Source: Candidatus Aenigmatarchaeota archaeon
Lineage (GTDB): Archaea > Aenigmatarchaeota > Aenigmatarchaeia > CG10238-14 > SpSt-28
Reading direction: 5' to 3'
Length of the DNA: 64,000 bases
Assembly: GCA_038733315.1 (NCBI GenBank)
Contig: JAVYPJ010000002.1
Location: forward strand, 64,001 to 128,000
Shown: piece by piece, positions 48,847 to 58,706 of the stretch
How the letters are laid out: every line of letters begins with the position of its first letter
Position numbering within the stretch: the first letter of the stretch is position 1
Made by a program: the position numbers and the translations under genes
The notes under the pieces: model-generated
What the model was told of the DNA's origin: nothing
What the model saw: only the letters and a program-made list of their open reading frames with translations
The model's database searches: none

Positions 48847-51195
48847 ATGATCGAAGAAATCTATTTAGAAAACTGGAAATCTCACGAAAAGTCTCATATA
48901 ATTTTTGATAAAATAAACTTAATAATCGGAAGAATGGGTAGCGGAAAAACCTCTATTACAGATGCGATTTCTTTTACTCTTTTTGGAACATTTTCAGATT
49001 TGGTTTCGAAGAAAATGAAATTAGAAGATGTTATAATGAAAAAACCAAGAGAAAAAAAAATTGCAAAAGTTATTTTAAAATGTAAAATTCTTGGAAAGAA
49101 TTTTGAAATTCATAGATATATAGAAAAAGATAAAGGTAGCTATGCTGAGATAAAAGATGAAAACAATAGAGTTATTCGCTCCGGAACTACTGATGTTAAC
49201 GAGTTTATTAAAAAAATGTTAAAAATGGATTATCAAACATTTATAAACGTTGCTTACTCCGAACAAAATAAAATAGAGTTTTTTTTGAATTTAGAGAGAG
49301 GTGAAAGAAAAGTAAGGTTTGATCAAATGATAGGTATAGAGAGATTGGAAAGGATTAGAAAAACATGTATAAGCTTAAAGAATAGATTAACAGACATTCA
49401 TAAAGAAAAAGAAAATCTTCTTTCTAAGCTAATTTTGGAAGATTTGGATAAAAATATAAAAGATATTCTGAACAAAATAAAAGAATTAGAAAATAAAAAT
49501 TTAGAATTAGAAAATGTAAGAATAAATACTATAGAAGAGATAGAAGATGTAAAAAAGAAATGTGAAGAGGGCAAAAAAGTAGAAAATGAAGTTAAAGAAA
49601 TAGAAAAGAAAATTATAAACATTTCTACAAAAATAGAAGAAAATAAAAAATTTCTAAACGATTTACAAAAAGAGATAGGTAGTATTAGCAAAGAGATTAT
49701 AGAGGAAGAAATTTTGGAAATAGATAAGAAAATACAGAGTTTAAAGAGCGAAATTTACGAGTTTGATAATATTACCAAAAAATTAAAAGAAGAAAAGGAA
49801 TCTTTATCTAAAAAATTATTAGAGCATAAGCAGCTAATGGAAAGGAAAGCTCAAATAGAAAAAAAGTTAAATGAGCTTTCAAACATAGAAAAAGATTTTG
49901 AAGAAGTTAATAATTTAATTGAAGAGGATAAAGTTAAGCTAAGAAATCTTGATTCTAAATTAATTGGTTTAAGGCTTGAGCTAGAGAAAGAAAAAAAATT
50001 AGTTGAAATACTTAGCGAAAAATTTAGCTTATGTCCTATTTGTGAAAGTGAAATAGGAGATGAAAAAAGGGAAAGAATTTTAAAAAAACATAAAGAGATT
50101 ATTAGCGAATGTATAAAAAACATAGAGGCTATAGAGGATGAAATAGAAACGATAGAAAAAAATATAGAAATAAATGAAAAAAAGAAAGAAAATTTATCAA
50201 AACTATTTTTTAGCAAAAAATCTTTAGAAGAGGAATTAAAAAGTATTAGCGATTTAAAAGAAGAAATAATAGAAGAATTTAGTAAAAAGATTGCTGAGCT
50301 AGAAAATGAAATAAAAAAAAGAGAAGAAATTATTAATCTTAAGAGAGAAGAGATTATAGCCTTAGAATACTCTAAGAAAGATAAAATTAGTAAAAAAGAT
50401 AAACTCAATAAAAAATTTTTGTTAGAAAAAGAAATTGAAACTCTTTCAGAAGATTTAAAAAAATTGAATGATAGGCTTAGTTACTTAACTTCTAATGAGA
50501 ACTACAAAAAATTAAAAGAGCATGAAAACGAATTAAAAAGGTTAGAAATATATTTAGAGAAGATAAATTCTGAAATACAAAATAATAAAAAAATGATAGA
50601 TTTGTTAGCTGAAAGAAAAAGAGAAATAGAAAAAAGAATTGAAATTAGAGAAAAGATGAAAAAAGAGAAAGAATATTTAGAAAGGGTTATAAACGATTTA
50701 AGCATTTTGGAGATTTGTGTTAAAGAAACTCAGCTAATAGTTAGAAGTAGTCTAATAGACGCGATAAACTACTATTTATCTATGTATTGGAGAAAGATAT
50801 ATCCTTACCAAGATTATATAGATGCAAGATTTATAGCTACAGAGGACGATTATATATTACAAGTAAAAGATTCCTTAGGAAGATGGGTAGAGCTAGATAA
50901 AGTAGCATCTGGTGGAGAAAGAACATTAGCTGCGATTTGTTTAAGAATAGCATTTTCAAAAGTTTTAAATCCAATATTGAATATTATTATATTTGACGAG
51001 CCTACTCATAACTTAGATGAAGAGGCTATAATAAAATTTGCAAAAATTATTAATGAGAGTTTTGCAGAGATTTTTAATCAAGTATTTATAATAACACATG
51101 ATGAAAGATTCAAAAGCTTAGTAAGTGGTAACATAATAAAAGTAGAAAGAAATAAAATAGATGATTTGCCTTCAAAAGTAATTTTTGAAGAATGA
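48847..51195 (+). CDS. rad50: Rad50 ATPase
   Basis: GRMGSGKT, CPIC zinc hook, SGGE, DEPT. Confidence 0.95.
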   Translation: MIEEIYLENWKSHEKSHIIFDKINLIIGRMGSGKTSITDAISFTLFGTFSDLVSKKMKLEDVIMKKPREKKIAKVILKCKILGKNFEIHRYIEKDKGSYAEIKDENNRVIRSGTTDVNEFIKKMLKMDYQTFINVAYSEQNKIEFFLNLERGERKVRFDQMIGIERLERIRKTCISLKNRLTDIHKEKENLLSKLILEDLDKNIKDILNKIKELENKNLELENVRINTIEEIEDVKKKCEEGKKVENEVKEIEKKIINISTKIEENKKFLNDLQKEIGSISKEIIEEEILEIDKKIQSLKSEIYEFDNITKKLKEEKESLSKKLLEHKQLMERKAQIEKKLNELSNIEKDFEEVNNLIEEDKVKLRNLDSKLIGLRLELEKEKKLVEILSEKFSLCPICESEIGDEKRERILKKHKEIISECIKNIEAIEDEIETIEKNIEINEKKKENLSKLFFSKKSLEEELKSISDLKEEIIEEFSKKIAELENEIKKREEIINLKREEIIALEYSKKDKISKKDKLNKKFLLEKEIETLSEDLKKLNDRLSYLTSNENYKKLKEHENELKRLEIYLEKINSEIQNNKKMIDLLAERKREIEKRIEIREKMKKEKEYLERVINDLSILEICVKETQLIVRSSLIDAINYYLSMYWRKIYPYQDYIDARFIATEDDYILQVKDSLGRWVELDKVASGGERTLAAICLRIAFSKVLNPILNIIIFDEPTHNLDEEAIIKFAKIINESFAEIFNQVFIITHDERFKSLVSGNIIKVERNKIDDLPSKVIFEE

Positions 51196-51881
51196 GATTT
51201 GTAAAAAACTTTGCTTGCGTTTTTTTAAAAGATATTTCTTCTATAGTGATAGGGGATTTGCATATAGGTTTTGAAATAGAATTGATAAAACAAGGTATAA
51301 ACGTAGCTCTAATGGATAAAATAATTACCGATTTAGAAGTTTGTAAGAAAAAAACTAAAGCTAAAAACATTATTCTTCTAGGGGATGTAAAGCATTCCAT
51401 AGGGTTTCCTAAGAGTAGGCTTGAAATAAAAAATCTAATAAAATTTTTTGATTTTTTAAAGGATAGTTTTGAAAAAATATATGTAGTTAAGGGAAATCAT
51501 GATGGTAGGCTAGAAGAAATTATAAAAGACGAAAGAATAAAAATATATTCTTCTCGCGGATTCTTTTTATCTAAATATGGCTTTTTCCATGGAAATTCGT
51601 ATCCAATTAAAAATGTTATAAGCTCTAGAATATTATTCTGCTCTCATGTGCATTCAAAATATTTTTTGCCAAAGGATAAAAGAATTTTTGAAGTAAGAGT
51701 TTATTTAATCTTTAAAGTAAAGAAAGAGATTAATAGAAGTGGAAAAATTGTAGTTATACCACCATTTTCTTCAATAATTTCAGGTAAAGATGTAGAGGAG
51801 TGTATAAACGAAAGTATAATAAGCAATATTGTAGAGAATAGCTCTATTGAAATATTAACAATTGATGGAATAAAAATTTAA
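51192..51881 (+). CDS. metallophosphoesterase
   Basis: GDLHIG, GDVKH, GNHD, HG, SHVH. Confidence 0.88.
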   Translation: MRFVKNFACVFLKDISSIVIGDLHIGFEIELIKQGINVALMDKIITDLEVCKKKTKAKNIILLGDVKHSIGFPKSRLEIKNLIKFFDFLKDSFEKIYVVKGNHDGRLEEIIKDERIKIYSSRGFFLSKYGFFHGNSYPIKNVISSRILFCSHVHSKYFLPKDKRIFEVRVYLIFKVKKEINRSGKIVVIPPFSSIISGKDVEECINESIISNIVENSSIEILTIDGIKI

Positions 51882-51923
51882 ATATATTTTAAATTCATAC
51901 GAATAATATTTTTATAATAAACC

Positions 51924-52032
51924 GGGCCCGTAGCTCAGTATGGTAGAGCGGCGGGCTTTTAGTTTTAAACTAAAAGCTCTGATATAAAATGAAGAAACCC
52001 GTAGGTCGCGGGTTCAAATCCCGCCGGGCCCA
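51924..52032 (+). tRNA. tRNA-Lys(TTT) with 35-nt intron (51962-51996)
   Basis: GCGGG-CTTTTA[intron]A-CCCGT; CUUU/GAAG central helix. Confidence 0.92.
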
Positions 52033-52056
52033 AAAAATTAATTAAAATTCGAAAAA

Positions 52057-52920
52057 TTAGATTTTTGTTCTAATCTCTATGATATCTTTATCTTCTAGCT
52101 TAAAGTTTAGCCCAGCTCTTATTTCTTTTTCTCCTCTAACTACTATACAAAATTTAAACGTTTCTAACATTTTTTTATCAATTTCTTTTATTGCATCTTC
52201 AACGGTAGAACCTCTTTTAAGAATTAAAGCCCTTTCACTAATTTCTTTGCCCGGTGGTTTAGTGAATATTCTTATTTTATTTAGAGAATTCCAAATTTTG
52301 GTAAAAAGCTTATCATAACAATTTATAGAGTATTCTATATCGCTAACCTTCTTATCTTTTATAACTTCATTTAAAGCTAATATTAAATTATTTAAACTAT
52401 ATTTTTCTTTTATTTTATTAAATACTTCTATTTGAGTTTCTATTTCAATTGCGTTAGAAATCAAAAAAATATTTGCATCGGAAATTCTTGGAATCCACAT
52501 ATGTTGTGGAAGAAATAATGAAGGGATTTCAACTATTTGAAAATCTATACCTTCGAAAATAAACATTCCACTTTTTGGCTCTTTTGTTTCATATTCTTTT
52601 TCTGTACTCTCTAAATTTGTTCCACATAATCTATTTAGCCAATAGCTTTTTCCAGAGTTAGTAGTTCCAAGTAGAGAAACCAAAATACTCCCAGTTTTTT
52701 TAAAAAAAGAATATCCACCAGCTTTCTTACTTTTTTTCTCTAAAGCAGCTTTTAACTTAGATAACCTTTTCCTTAAATCAGCTAACAAATTTTCAGTTCC
52801 TTTATGTCTAGGTGTTACAGAAATAAGTTTTTCAAGCCAATAAATTTTTTCTTCCAAAGTTTTTGCATCCAAGTATTTTCTTTCTGTAGCATACCATTCA
52901 GCCGGTAAGTTAGCGGGCAT
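52057..52920 (-). CDS. DRG/OBG-family GTPase with TGS domain (degenerate)
   Basis: MPANLP, P.HKGTE, GTTNSGKS, IRIFTKPPG, LEDKDIIEI. Confidence 0.85.
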   Translation of the reverse strand: MPANLPAEWYATERKYLDAKTLEEKIYWLEKLISVTPRHKGTENLLADLRKRLSKLKAALEKKSKKAGGYSFFKKTGSILVSLLGTTNSGKSYWLNRLCGTNLESTEKEYETKEPKSGMFIFEGIDFQIVEIPSLFLPQHMWIPRISDANIFLISNAIEIETQIEVFNKIKEKYSLNNLILALNEVIKDKKVSDIEYSINCYDKLFTKIWNSLNKIRIFTKPPGKEISERALILKRGSTVEDAIKEIDKKMLETFKFCIVVRGEKEIRAGLNFKLEDKDIIEIRTKI

Positions 52921-52949
52921 AATTAAAGATAAAAACGATATAAAAAATT

Positions 52950-53183
52950 ATGAAACTAAAAATGGAAATAGATCTTAAAGATGAAAAAATCTCGAATAAA
53001 ATTTTTAATTCTATATATCCAGACCTAAAGAAAGAAAAGATGTGTTTGGATGGGAGTAAAATAGTGTATGAAATAGAGGACGAAAACTTTTCTCATATTC
53101 TTGCTTCCTGTACATCTATATTAAAGCTAATAAACGAGGCTATAAAGATAGAAAGAAATCTTGAGGAAAAAAAGTTAAAATAG
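52950..53183 (+). CDS. pcc1: KEOPS subunit Pcc1
   Basis: IFNSIYPD...I.DENFSHILASCTS.LKLI. Confidence 0.65.
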   Translation: MKLKMEIDLKDEKISNKIFNSIYPDLKKEKMCLDGSKIVYEIEDENFSHILASCTSILKLINEAIKIERNLEEKKLK

Positions 53184-53949
53184 TGAGCTGAAATAATTTT
53201 TCAAGGATTAGAAGAACTAAAACAAATAGAAATGTTGGAGCATATCTTACACCCTCTTTTATATAAACATATCTTACACCTTTTTTCTTTAGTTCCATAA
53301 TTTCTTTTTTAGTTATCCCTCTCCATGTTTTGAAATCGTATAATACATCACCTTCTTTAAGCTCAGTTATAGAAACTCTTTTAATCATAAGTTTTTTTAC
53401 ATAGTTTAGAAAGGGTATAGAAAGATAAAGAAATATTAAGAATGAAAATAGAAATTCAACAAATTTCATAGATTGGATAAAGTATAAAGAAATAAACAAG
53501 AGGTATAAAGATGAAATCATAGAAAGTATAGATATAGCTGGCATTTTTTCATTTCTTTTAGAAACTATAACAAAAATAAGTGAAAAGATAAATATAAAAA
53601 TTATTCCTGTAGAAAACGTAATTAAAATCCAATTAATAATTTCAAAAAAGTTTCTAAATACATTCAACAAACCTAAGGATAAGAGTAGAAAAGAATCACC
53701 CATACCCCATTGGCCAGTAAAATACAACAAAAAACCTATTCCACCAAAAGCTATTAAATTAATAGCTAAATTTTTTAAAATATTTGTATCTTGATAATAA
53801 AAAAATTGAAGTATGTTTATTGCTAAAAGAATTGATATAAAGAAATAAACTTCCATATCTTTAATTTCTGTAGTTTTAATATCATCAATACTGGCCTTTG
53901 TAAAAAATATTTTTGTTACTATTATTTTTGATAAATCAAAAAAGTCCAT
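53140..53949 (-). CDS. pibD: prepilin/prearchaellin peptidase (A24)
   Basis: ASIDDIKTTEI, GMGD, LKEGDVL, RYAP; multi-pass. Confidence 0.85.
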   Translation of the reverse strand: MDFFDLSKIIVTKIFFTKASIDDIKTTEIKDMEVYFFISILLAINILQFFYYQDTNILKNLAINLIAFGGIGFLLYFTGQWGMGDSFLLLSLGLLNVFRNFFEIINWILITFSTGIIFIFIFSLIFVIVSKRNEKMPAISILSMISSLYLLFISLYFIQSMKFVEFLFSFLIFLYLSIPFLNYVKKLMIKRVSITELKEGDVLYDFKTWRGITKKEIMELKKKGVRYVYIKEGVRYAPTFLFVLVLLILEKLFQLTILTFFPQDFFLSL

Positions 53950-53981
53950 AAGTTAATATTAATGATATTTGGTATATTATT

Positions 53982-55811
53982 ATGTTAAGATTTCTGGCAA
54001 GAGATTTAAACCTTAATTTAGAGGATTTAGAAATAAAGGATAAGTATGGAGATATTAGCTTTAACATTTTTAAAATTTCAAAGAAATATAGTATTAATTC
54101 GGAAATTATTGAGAAAGAGCTTGAAAAAAATATTAAAAGTTCTATTTATATAAAGAAAGTTGAAAAGATTAATGGGTTTATAAATTTATACCTAAATTGG
54201 CCAAAAGTTTTAACAAAGTTTTTAAAAGAAAAAATAGTTGAAGAAAAAATTATAGCTAACAAAATTCTTGTAGAACATACTAGTGCTAATCCAAACAAAG
54301 CTTTGCACGTAGGTCATTTAAGAAATGCGTGCTTAGGCGATAGTATATATAGATTTTTGAAAAAACTCGGAAATAAAGTATACGTTGCAAATTATATAGA
54401 CGATACCGGATCACAAATGGCAGAGCTTTTAATAGCTTTTAGATATTTGAATAAAAATATTGAAACAGAAGAAAAATTTGATTTATATTGCGGGAAAATT
54501 TATGCTGAAGTAAATAAGTTATTAGAAACGGATGAAAATATAAAAAAGTTAAAGAGTGTTATAATAAAAGATTTAGAAAGAAAAAACTCTTTTATTTCGG
54601 AATTTAATAGAGAAATTGTTAATAAAGTTGTGTTATCGCAGCTAGAAACTTTATGGTATTTAGATATATATTTCGATTTTTTAAATAAAGAAAGCGATAT
54701 TTTAAATTTCGGCTTATGGAATGAAACTTTTGAAAGGCTTAGCAAAGTGGGAAAAATAGAATTTATAGAAGGCGGAGAAGAAATCGATAAGTTAGATGAA
54801 TATTCAACTTCTATGACTAAAAGAAAAGTAGGAACATATGTTATAAAGTCAAAATCTACCGATTTAGTTTTAGTAAAAAGCGATGGAACTCTTACATATT
54901 TGGCAAAGGATATTGCTTACGCTCTTTGGAAGCATGGAATTCTATCTAAGAATTTTTTGTTTTCTGAATTTGTTAAACAACCAAATGGAAAAATTCTATA
55001 TCAAACATACGAATTAGGAAGAAAGATAGAGGATTTTGAAAATTTCGATTTAACTATTAATATTATCGGTAGAGAGCAAGCAGAAAATCAGTATGTAATA
55101 GAGAAACTCATTAACGAATTTTCAAAAAATAAAAAATACGTATATTATTCCTACGGTTTAGTATTTTTATCTAAGAATGCATTAAAAGAGCTTGGAATAA
55201 ACTTAGAAGAGGAAAAAAGCTTTTTAAAAATGAGCGGTAGAAAAGGATTAGTAATAAATGTTGACGATTTAATTAAAAAATTTGAAGAAAAGGTCGAGAA
55301 AAATCTTAAAGATAGAGGTATTCAAAATAAAGATTTAGTTAGAAAGATTGTTAAGAGTTGTTTGAGATATGAAATGATAAAATTAGATAGAAACAAAGAT
55401 TTAATTTTTGACTTTGAAAATGCTATGAAAATAGATGGGAATTCTGCACTATATCTTATGTATACATATGCAAGAATAAACTCTATAATAAAAAAACTAG
55501 AAGAAAAGAATGATTTAGAAATTAATGAGTTTGATTGTGAGTTGGAAGAATATGAGTTGAGTTTAGCTAAACATATTTTAATGTTAGATTCCATTATAAA
55601 CTCCTCTTTAAAGAATTTGGAGATAAATCAAATCGCGAATTACTGCTATGAGTTAGCTAAAAATTTTAACATTTTCTATGAAAAATGCAGAATAGTTGAT
55701 GAAAAGGATAGGAATAAAAAAGAGTTAAGGAAATGTTTACTATTTTTAACAAAAAATATATTTGATTTTCTTTTTGAGGTTATAGGCATAGAGAAGGTCG
55801 AAAGGATTTAA
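53982..55811 (+). CDS. argS: arginyl-tRNA synthetase
   Basis: EHTSANPNKALHVGHLRN, KSDGTLTY, MSGRKG, Y.YARI. Confidence 0.96.
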   Translation: MLRFLARDLNLNLEDLEIKDKYGDISFNIFKISKKYSINSEIIEKELEKNIKSSIYIKKVEKINGFINLYLNWPKVLTKFLKEKIVEEKIIANKILVEHTSANPNKALHVGHLRNACLGDSIYRFLKKLGNKVYVANYIDDTGSQMAELLIAFRYLNKNIETEEKFDLYCGKIYAEVNKLLETDENIKKLKSVIIKDLERKNSFISEFNREIVNKVVLSQLETLWYLDIYFDFLNKESDILNFGLWNETFERLSKVGKIEFIEGGEEIDKLDEYSTSMTKRKVGTYVIKSKSTDLVLVKSDGTLTYLAKDIAYALWKHGILSKNFLFSEFVKQPNGKILYQTYELGRKIEDFENFDLTINIIGREQAENQYVIEKLINEFSKNKKYVYYSYGLVFLSKNALKELGINLEEEKSFLKMSGRKGLVINVDDLIKKFEEKVEKNLKDRGIQNKDLVRKIVKSCLRYEMIKLDRNKDLIFDFENAMKIDGNSALYLMYTYARINSIIKKLEEKNDLEINEFDCELEEYELSLAKHILMLDSIINSSLKNLEINQIANYCYELAKNFNIFYEKCRIVDEKDRNKKELRKCLLFLTKNIFDFLFEVIGIEKVERI

Positions 55812-55836
55812 ATTTTTAATTAATGAATTAAATACT

Positions 55837-56298
55837 ATGCTGCTATCTGTTATAAGGCTAAGGAGTGGGATAAAAGCTGGGAAAGAAATAAAAGATACTT
55901 TAATGCTTTTGAATTTAAGATATATAAATTCTTGTGTATTGGTTGAGGATAACAAATCTATATTAGGAATGTTAAAAAAAGTAAAAGATTATGTTTGCTA
56001 TGGAGAGATAGATAAAGATGTATTAACACTTTTGCTAAAAAAAAGACTAAGAAAAATTGGGGATAGGAAAGTTGAACTCGAAGATTTAAAAAAATATGGC
56101 ATAAACTCTTTCGAAGAATTGGCTGAAATCCTATATACAGGAAAAAAGAGTTTAAAAAATTTTAAAGAATTCAAAAAAGTTTTTAGGTTGCATCCACCAA
56201 AAGGCGGTTTTAAGAAAAGTAAAAAATTAGAATATCCAAAGGGAATTTTAGGATATGTCGGAAAAGAAATTAATGAAGTACTGAAAAGAATGATATAA
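55837..56298 (+). CDS. rpl30: 50S ribosomal protein uL30
   Basis: VIRLRS, GMLKKVKDYV.YGE, FRLHPPKGGF. Confidence 0.95.
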   Translation: MLLSVIRLRSGIKAGKEIKDTLMLLNLRYINSCVLVEDNKSILGMLKKVKDYVCYGEIDKDVLTLLLKKRLRKIGDRKVELEDLKKYGINSFEELAEILYTGKKSLKNFKEFKKVFRLHPPKGGFKKSKKLEYPKGILGYVGKEINEVLKRMI

Positions 56299-56805
56299 AT
56301 GAAGATTTTTATTAGCGGTTTGCCTAGATGCGGAAAAACAACTTTAATAAAAAAGATTTTTGAAAGTTATAAGGATAGAATTTTAATCAGCGGATTTTAT
56401 ACTGAGGAAATTTTGAATTCTATGAATGAGAGAATTGGTTTTAGAATTTTTTCTATTGATTTAAATAAAGAATTTTTATTTGCATCCAAATTAGAAAAAT
56501 CAAACATAAAATACGCTGGATATAATCTTTTTCTTGAAAATTTAGAAAAAGTATTAAATTCGATAAAACTCGATTCGAATTTAATTTTAATAGATGAAAT
56601 AGGTAAAATGGAAATGCTTAGTAAGAGGTTCGAAGAATTTGTTTTTAAAATTTTAAATTCTAACATTAATCTAATAGCTACTTTACATAGAGCTTATTTT
56701 TATAAATTTTCAAAATGCGGAAAAGTTTTTTGGTTAGAAAAAGCAAACTGGCAAAAAATATATGATGAAATTTTAAAGATTATTCAAAATACTTTTTTAC
56801 GTTAA
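56299..56805 (+). CDS. THEP1-family NTPase
   Basis: GLPRCGKTT, GFYTEE, IDEIGKME. Confidence 0.9.
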   Translation: MKIFISGLPRCGKTTLIKKIFESYKDRILISGFYTEEILNSMNERIGFRIFSIDLNKEFLFASKLEKSNIKYAGYNLFLENLEKVLNSIKLDSNLILIDEIGKMEMLSKRFEEFVFKILNSNINLIATLHRAYFYKFSKCGKVFWLEKANWQKIYDEILKIIQNTFLR

Positions 56806-56837
56806 ACTTATGTTATTAATTTATTATGTATTTTAAT

Positions 56838-56911
56838 GGGCGGGTAGCTTAGCCTGGTGGAGCGCCCGGCTGATAACCGGGAGGTCGGGAGTTCAAATCT
56901 CCCCCCGCCCA
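56838..56911 (+). tRNA. tRNA-Ile(GAT)
   Basis: CCCGG-CTGATAA-CCGGG. Confidence 0.95.
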
Positions 56912-56912
56912 A

Positions 56913-57275
56913 CTATATAAACAAAGAAAGCTTAGCCGAGAAAAACCTTAGATATATTTTTCTTATTCTAGTGAATTTTCCCTTTACAAAACAGTTAACA
57001 CTAATGAATTTTATTTCAAAGTTCCTTTTTATAAAGGATACTAAGTTTAAATATATTGCACTTATCTTGGTATAAAACCATAAAAAGATTATCGCAGATA
57101 CGACCATAGTAATTCCTATGTTAATTGGTAACAAAATCTGTTTTATGTCCAATCTTAGCGTGGCTGATATTAGAGTTCCGAAAAACACAAGAACATCCAA
57201 AACAGTGCTATAAATTGCTAAATCTATCATAATCTTTTTGGCAAGGTTTTTATTTTGCAAAATTTCAAATATCAT
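56913..57275 (-). CDS. membrane hypothetical protein
   Basis: Two TM helices; the C-terminal part may be degenerate. Confidence 0.5.
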   Translation of the reverse strand: MIFEILQNKNLAKKIMIDLAIYSTVLDVLVFFGTLISATLRLDIKQILLPINIGITMVVSAIIFLWFYTKISAIYLNLVSFIKRNFEIKFISVNCFVKGKFTRIRKIYLRFFSAKLSLFI

Positions 57276-57309
57276 ATTTTAAAATGTGCAAACTCTCTTA
57301 TAAAGATTT

Positions 57310-58671
57310 CTATGAAATTTTGATTTTTTCAGCTATTCTTTCAACTATTTGTTTTAATTCTTCAAATCTTTTTTCACTCTTAGATTCATAAGCAATAGAA
57401 ATTTTAGGTTCTGTATTAGATGGTCTTACAGTAATCCAACTGTCTTTATCTATCCAAATTTTAACTCCATCTATAGTTTCTGGTTTATAATCCTTAAACT
57501 CTTCTTTTAATTCCTCAACTATTTTGAATTTTAACTCTTCCTTAGTTTCTATTCTTTTAGTTTCATAATAATAGCTAGGAACATCTTTTACTATTTCGGA
57601 AACTTTTTTATTTGTTTTAGAAAGAAACTCCAAAATTTTTAAAGTTATAAAGATAGTATCATCAAGATAGAAATTTTCTTTTACATAAAAATGGTAAGAG
57701 ATTTCAGCACCTAAGAAAGCTTTGTTTTTAAACATTTCTCTTTGAATATAACATCTGCCAACTTTTGATACTATAGGCTTAGCTCCAAATTTCTTAATCT
57801 CTTCTATAGCCGCTAAGGAGCTCAAAACTTCTATAACTACTTTTTTGTTTTTCATTTTTTTGCCATAGCTATGCATTAGTAGGGATAGAATTTGGTGGGA
57901 AGAAAGGACATTCCCCTTTTCATCAACTATAACAACTCTATCCGCATCTCCATCATATGCAAATCCAATATCTGCTTTTTCTGTTAAAATTTTTTCTACT
58001 AGTTTGGATAGATTTTCCTTTTTTGGCTCTGGCGATCTATTTGGAAAGTTTCCATCGAATCTACAATAAAGCTCTATTACATTACCTTTATTAAACATTT
58101 TTACAATTTTTGGAGCTAATTCGCTAGCAGCACCGTTACCAGCGTCTATTAAAACTTTAAGATTGCTTTCAAAACAAAACTTATCTTTAAGATATTTTAT
58201 GTACAACTCCTCTATATTTATTTTTTGAACATTTCCAATTCTGCTAGTTTTTTTAAAGTTTTTACTTATAAAAATTTCTTTAACTTTTGACAGACCATAA
58301 TCTAATCCAAGCTCTAAGCCCTTATCGTTAATTATAAAACCATTCCATTCTTTTGGATTATGAGAAGCAGTTATAGTAACACCAAATCTGCAATTAAGTA
58401 GTATTACCGCTAGATTGCATAGCGGCGTTGGATTAATTCCAATATCTATTACATTCATTCCACTCTCAACTAAGCCTTTAATAAGTGAGTTTTTAAGACT
58501 TTCACTACTAATCCTTACATCACTATTTATTACCACTTTCTTATTTCTACAACAAAAATAGCTTGATAGAGCTTTTCCTAGTTCATAAGCAAAATCTTCA
58601 TTTATTTCGTTCGGATATATTCCTCTAATATCATAAGCTCTAAATATTTTTGAGTATATCTGATTTTCCAT
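57310..58671 (-). CDS. phosphomannomutase/phosphoglucomutase
   Basis: FRAYDIRG, TASHNP, DGDADR, RPSNTEP. Confidence 0.95.
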   Translation of the reverse strand: MENQIYSKIFRAYDIRGIYPNEINEDFAYELGKALSSYFCCRNKKVVINSDVRISSESLKNSLIKGLVESGMNVIDIGINPTPLCNLAVILLNCRFGVTITASHNPKEWNGFIINDKGLELGLDYGLSKVKEIFISKNFKKTSRIGNVQKINIEELYIKYLKDKFCFESNLKVLIDAGNGAASELAPKIVKMFNKGNVIELYCRFDGNFPNRSPEPKKENLSKLVEKILTEKADIGFAYDGDADRVVIVDEKGNVLSSHQILSLLMHSYGKKMKNKKVVIEVLSSLAAIEEIKKFGAKPIVSKVGRCYIQREMFKNKAFLGAEISYHFYVKENFYLDDTIFITLKILEFLSKTNKKVSEIVKDVPSYYYETKRIETKEELKFKIVEELKEEFKDYKPETIDGVKIWIDKDSWITVRPSNTEPKISIAYESKSEKRFEELKQIVERIAEKIKIS

Positions 58672-58706
58672 AAAATATTGCAATATAAATTAACTTTTTA
58701 ATTTTT

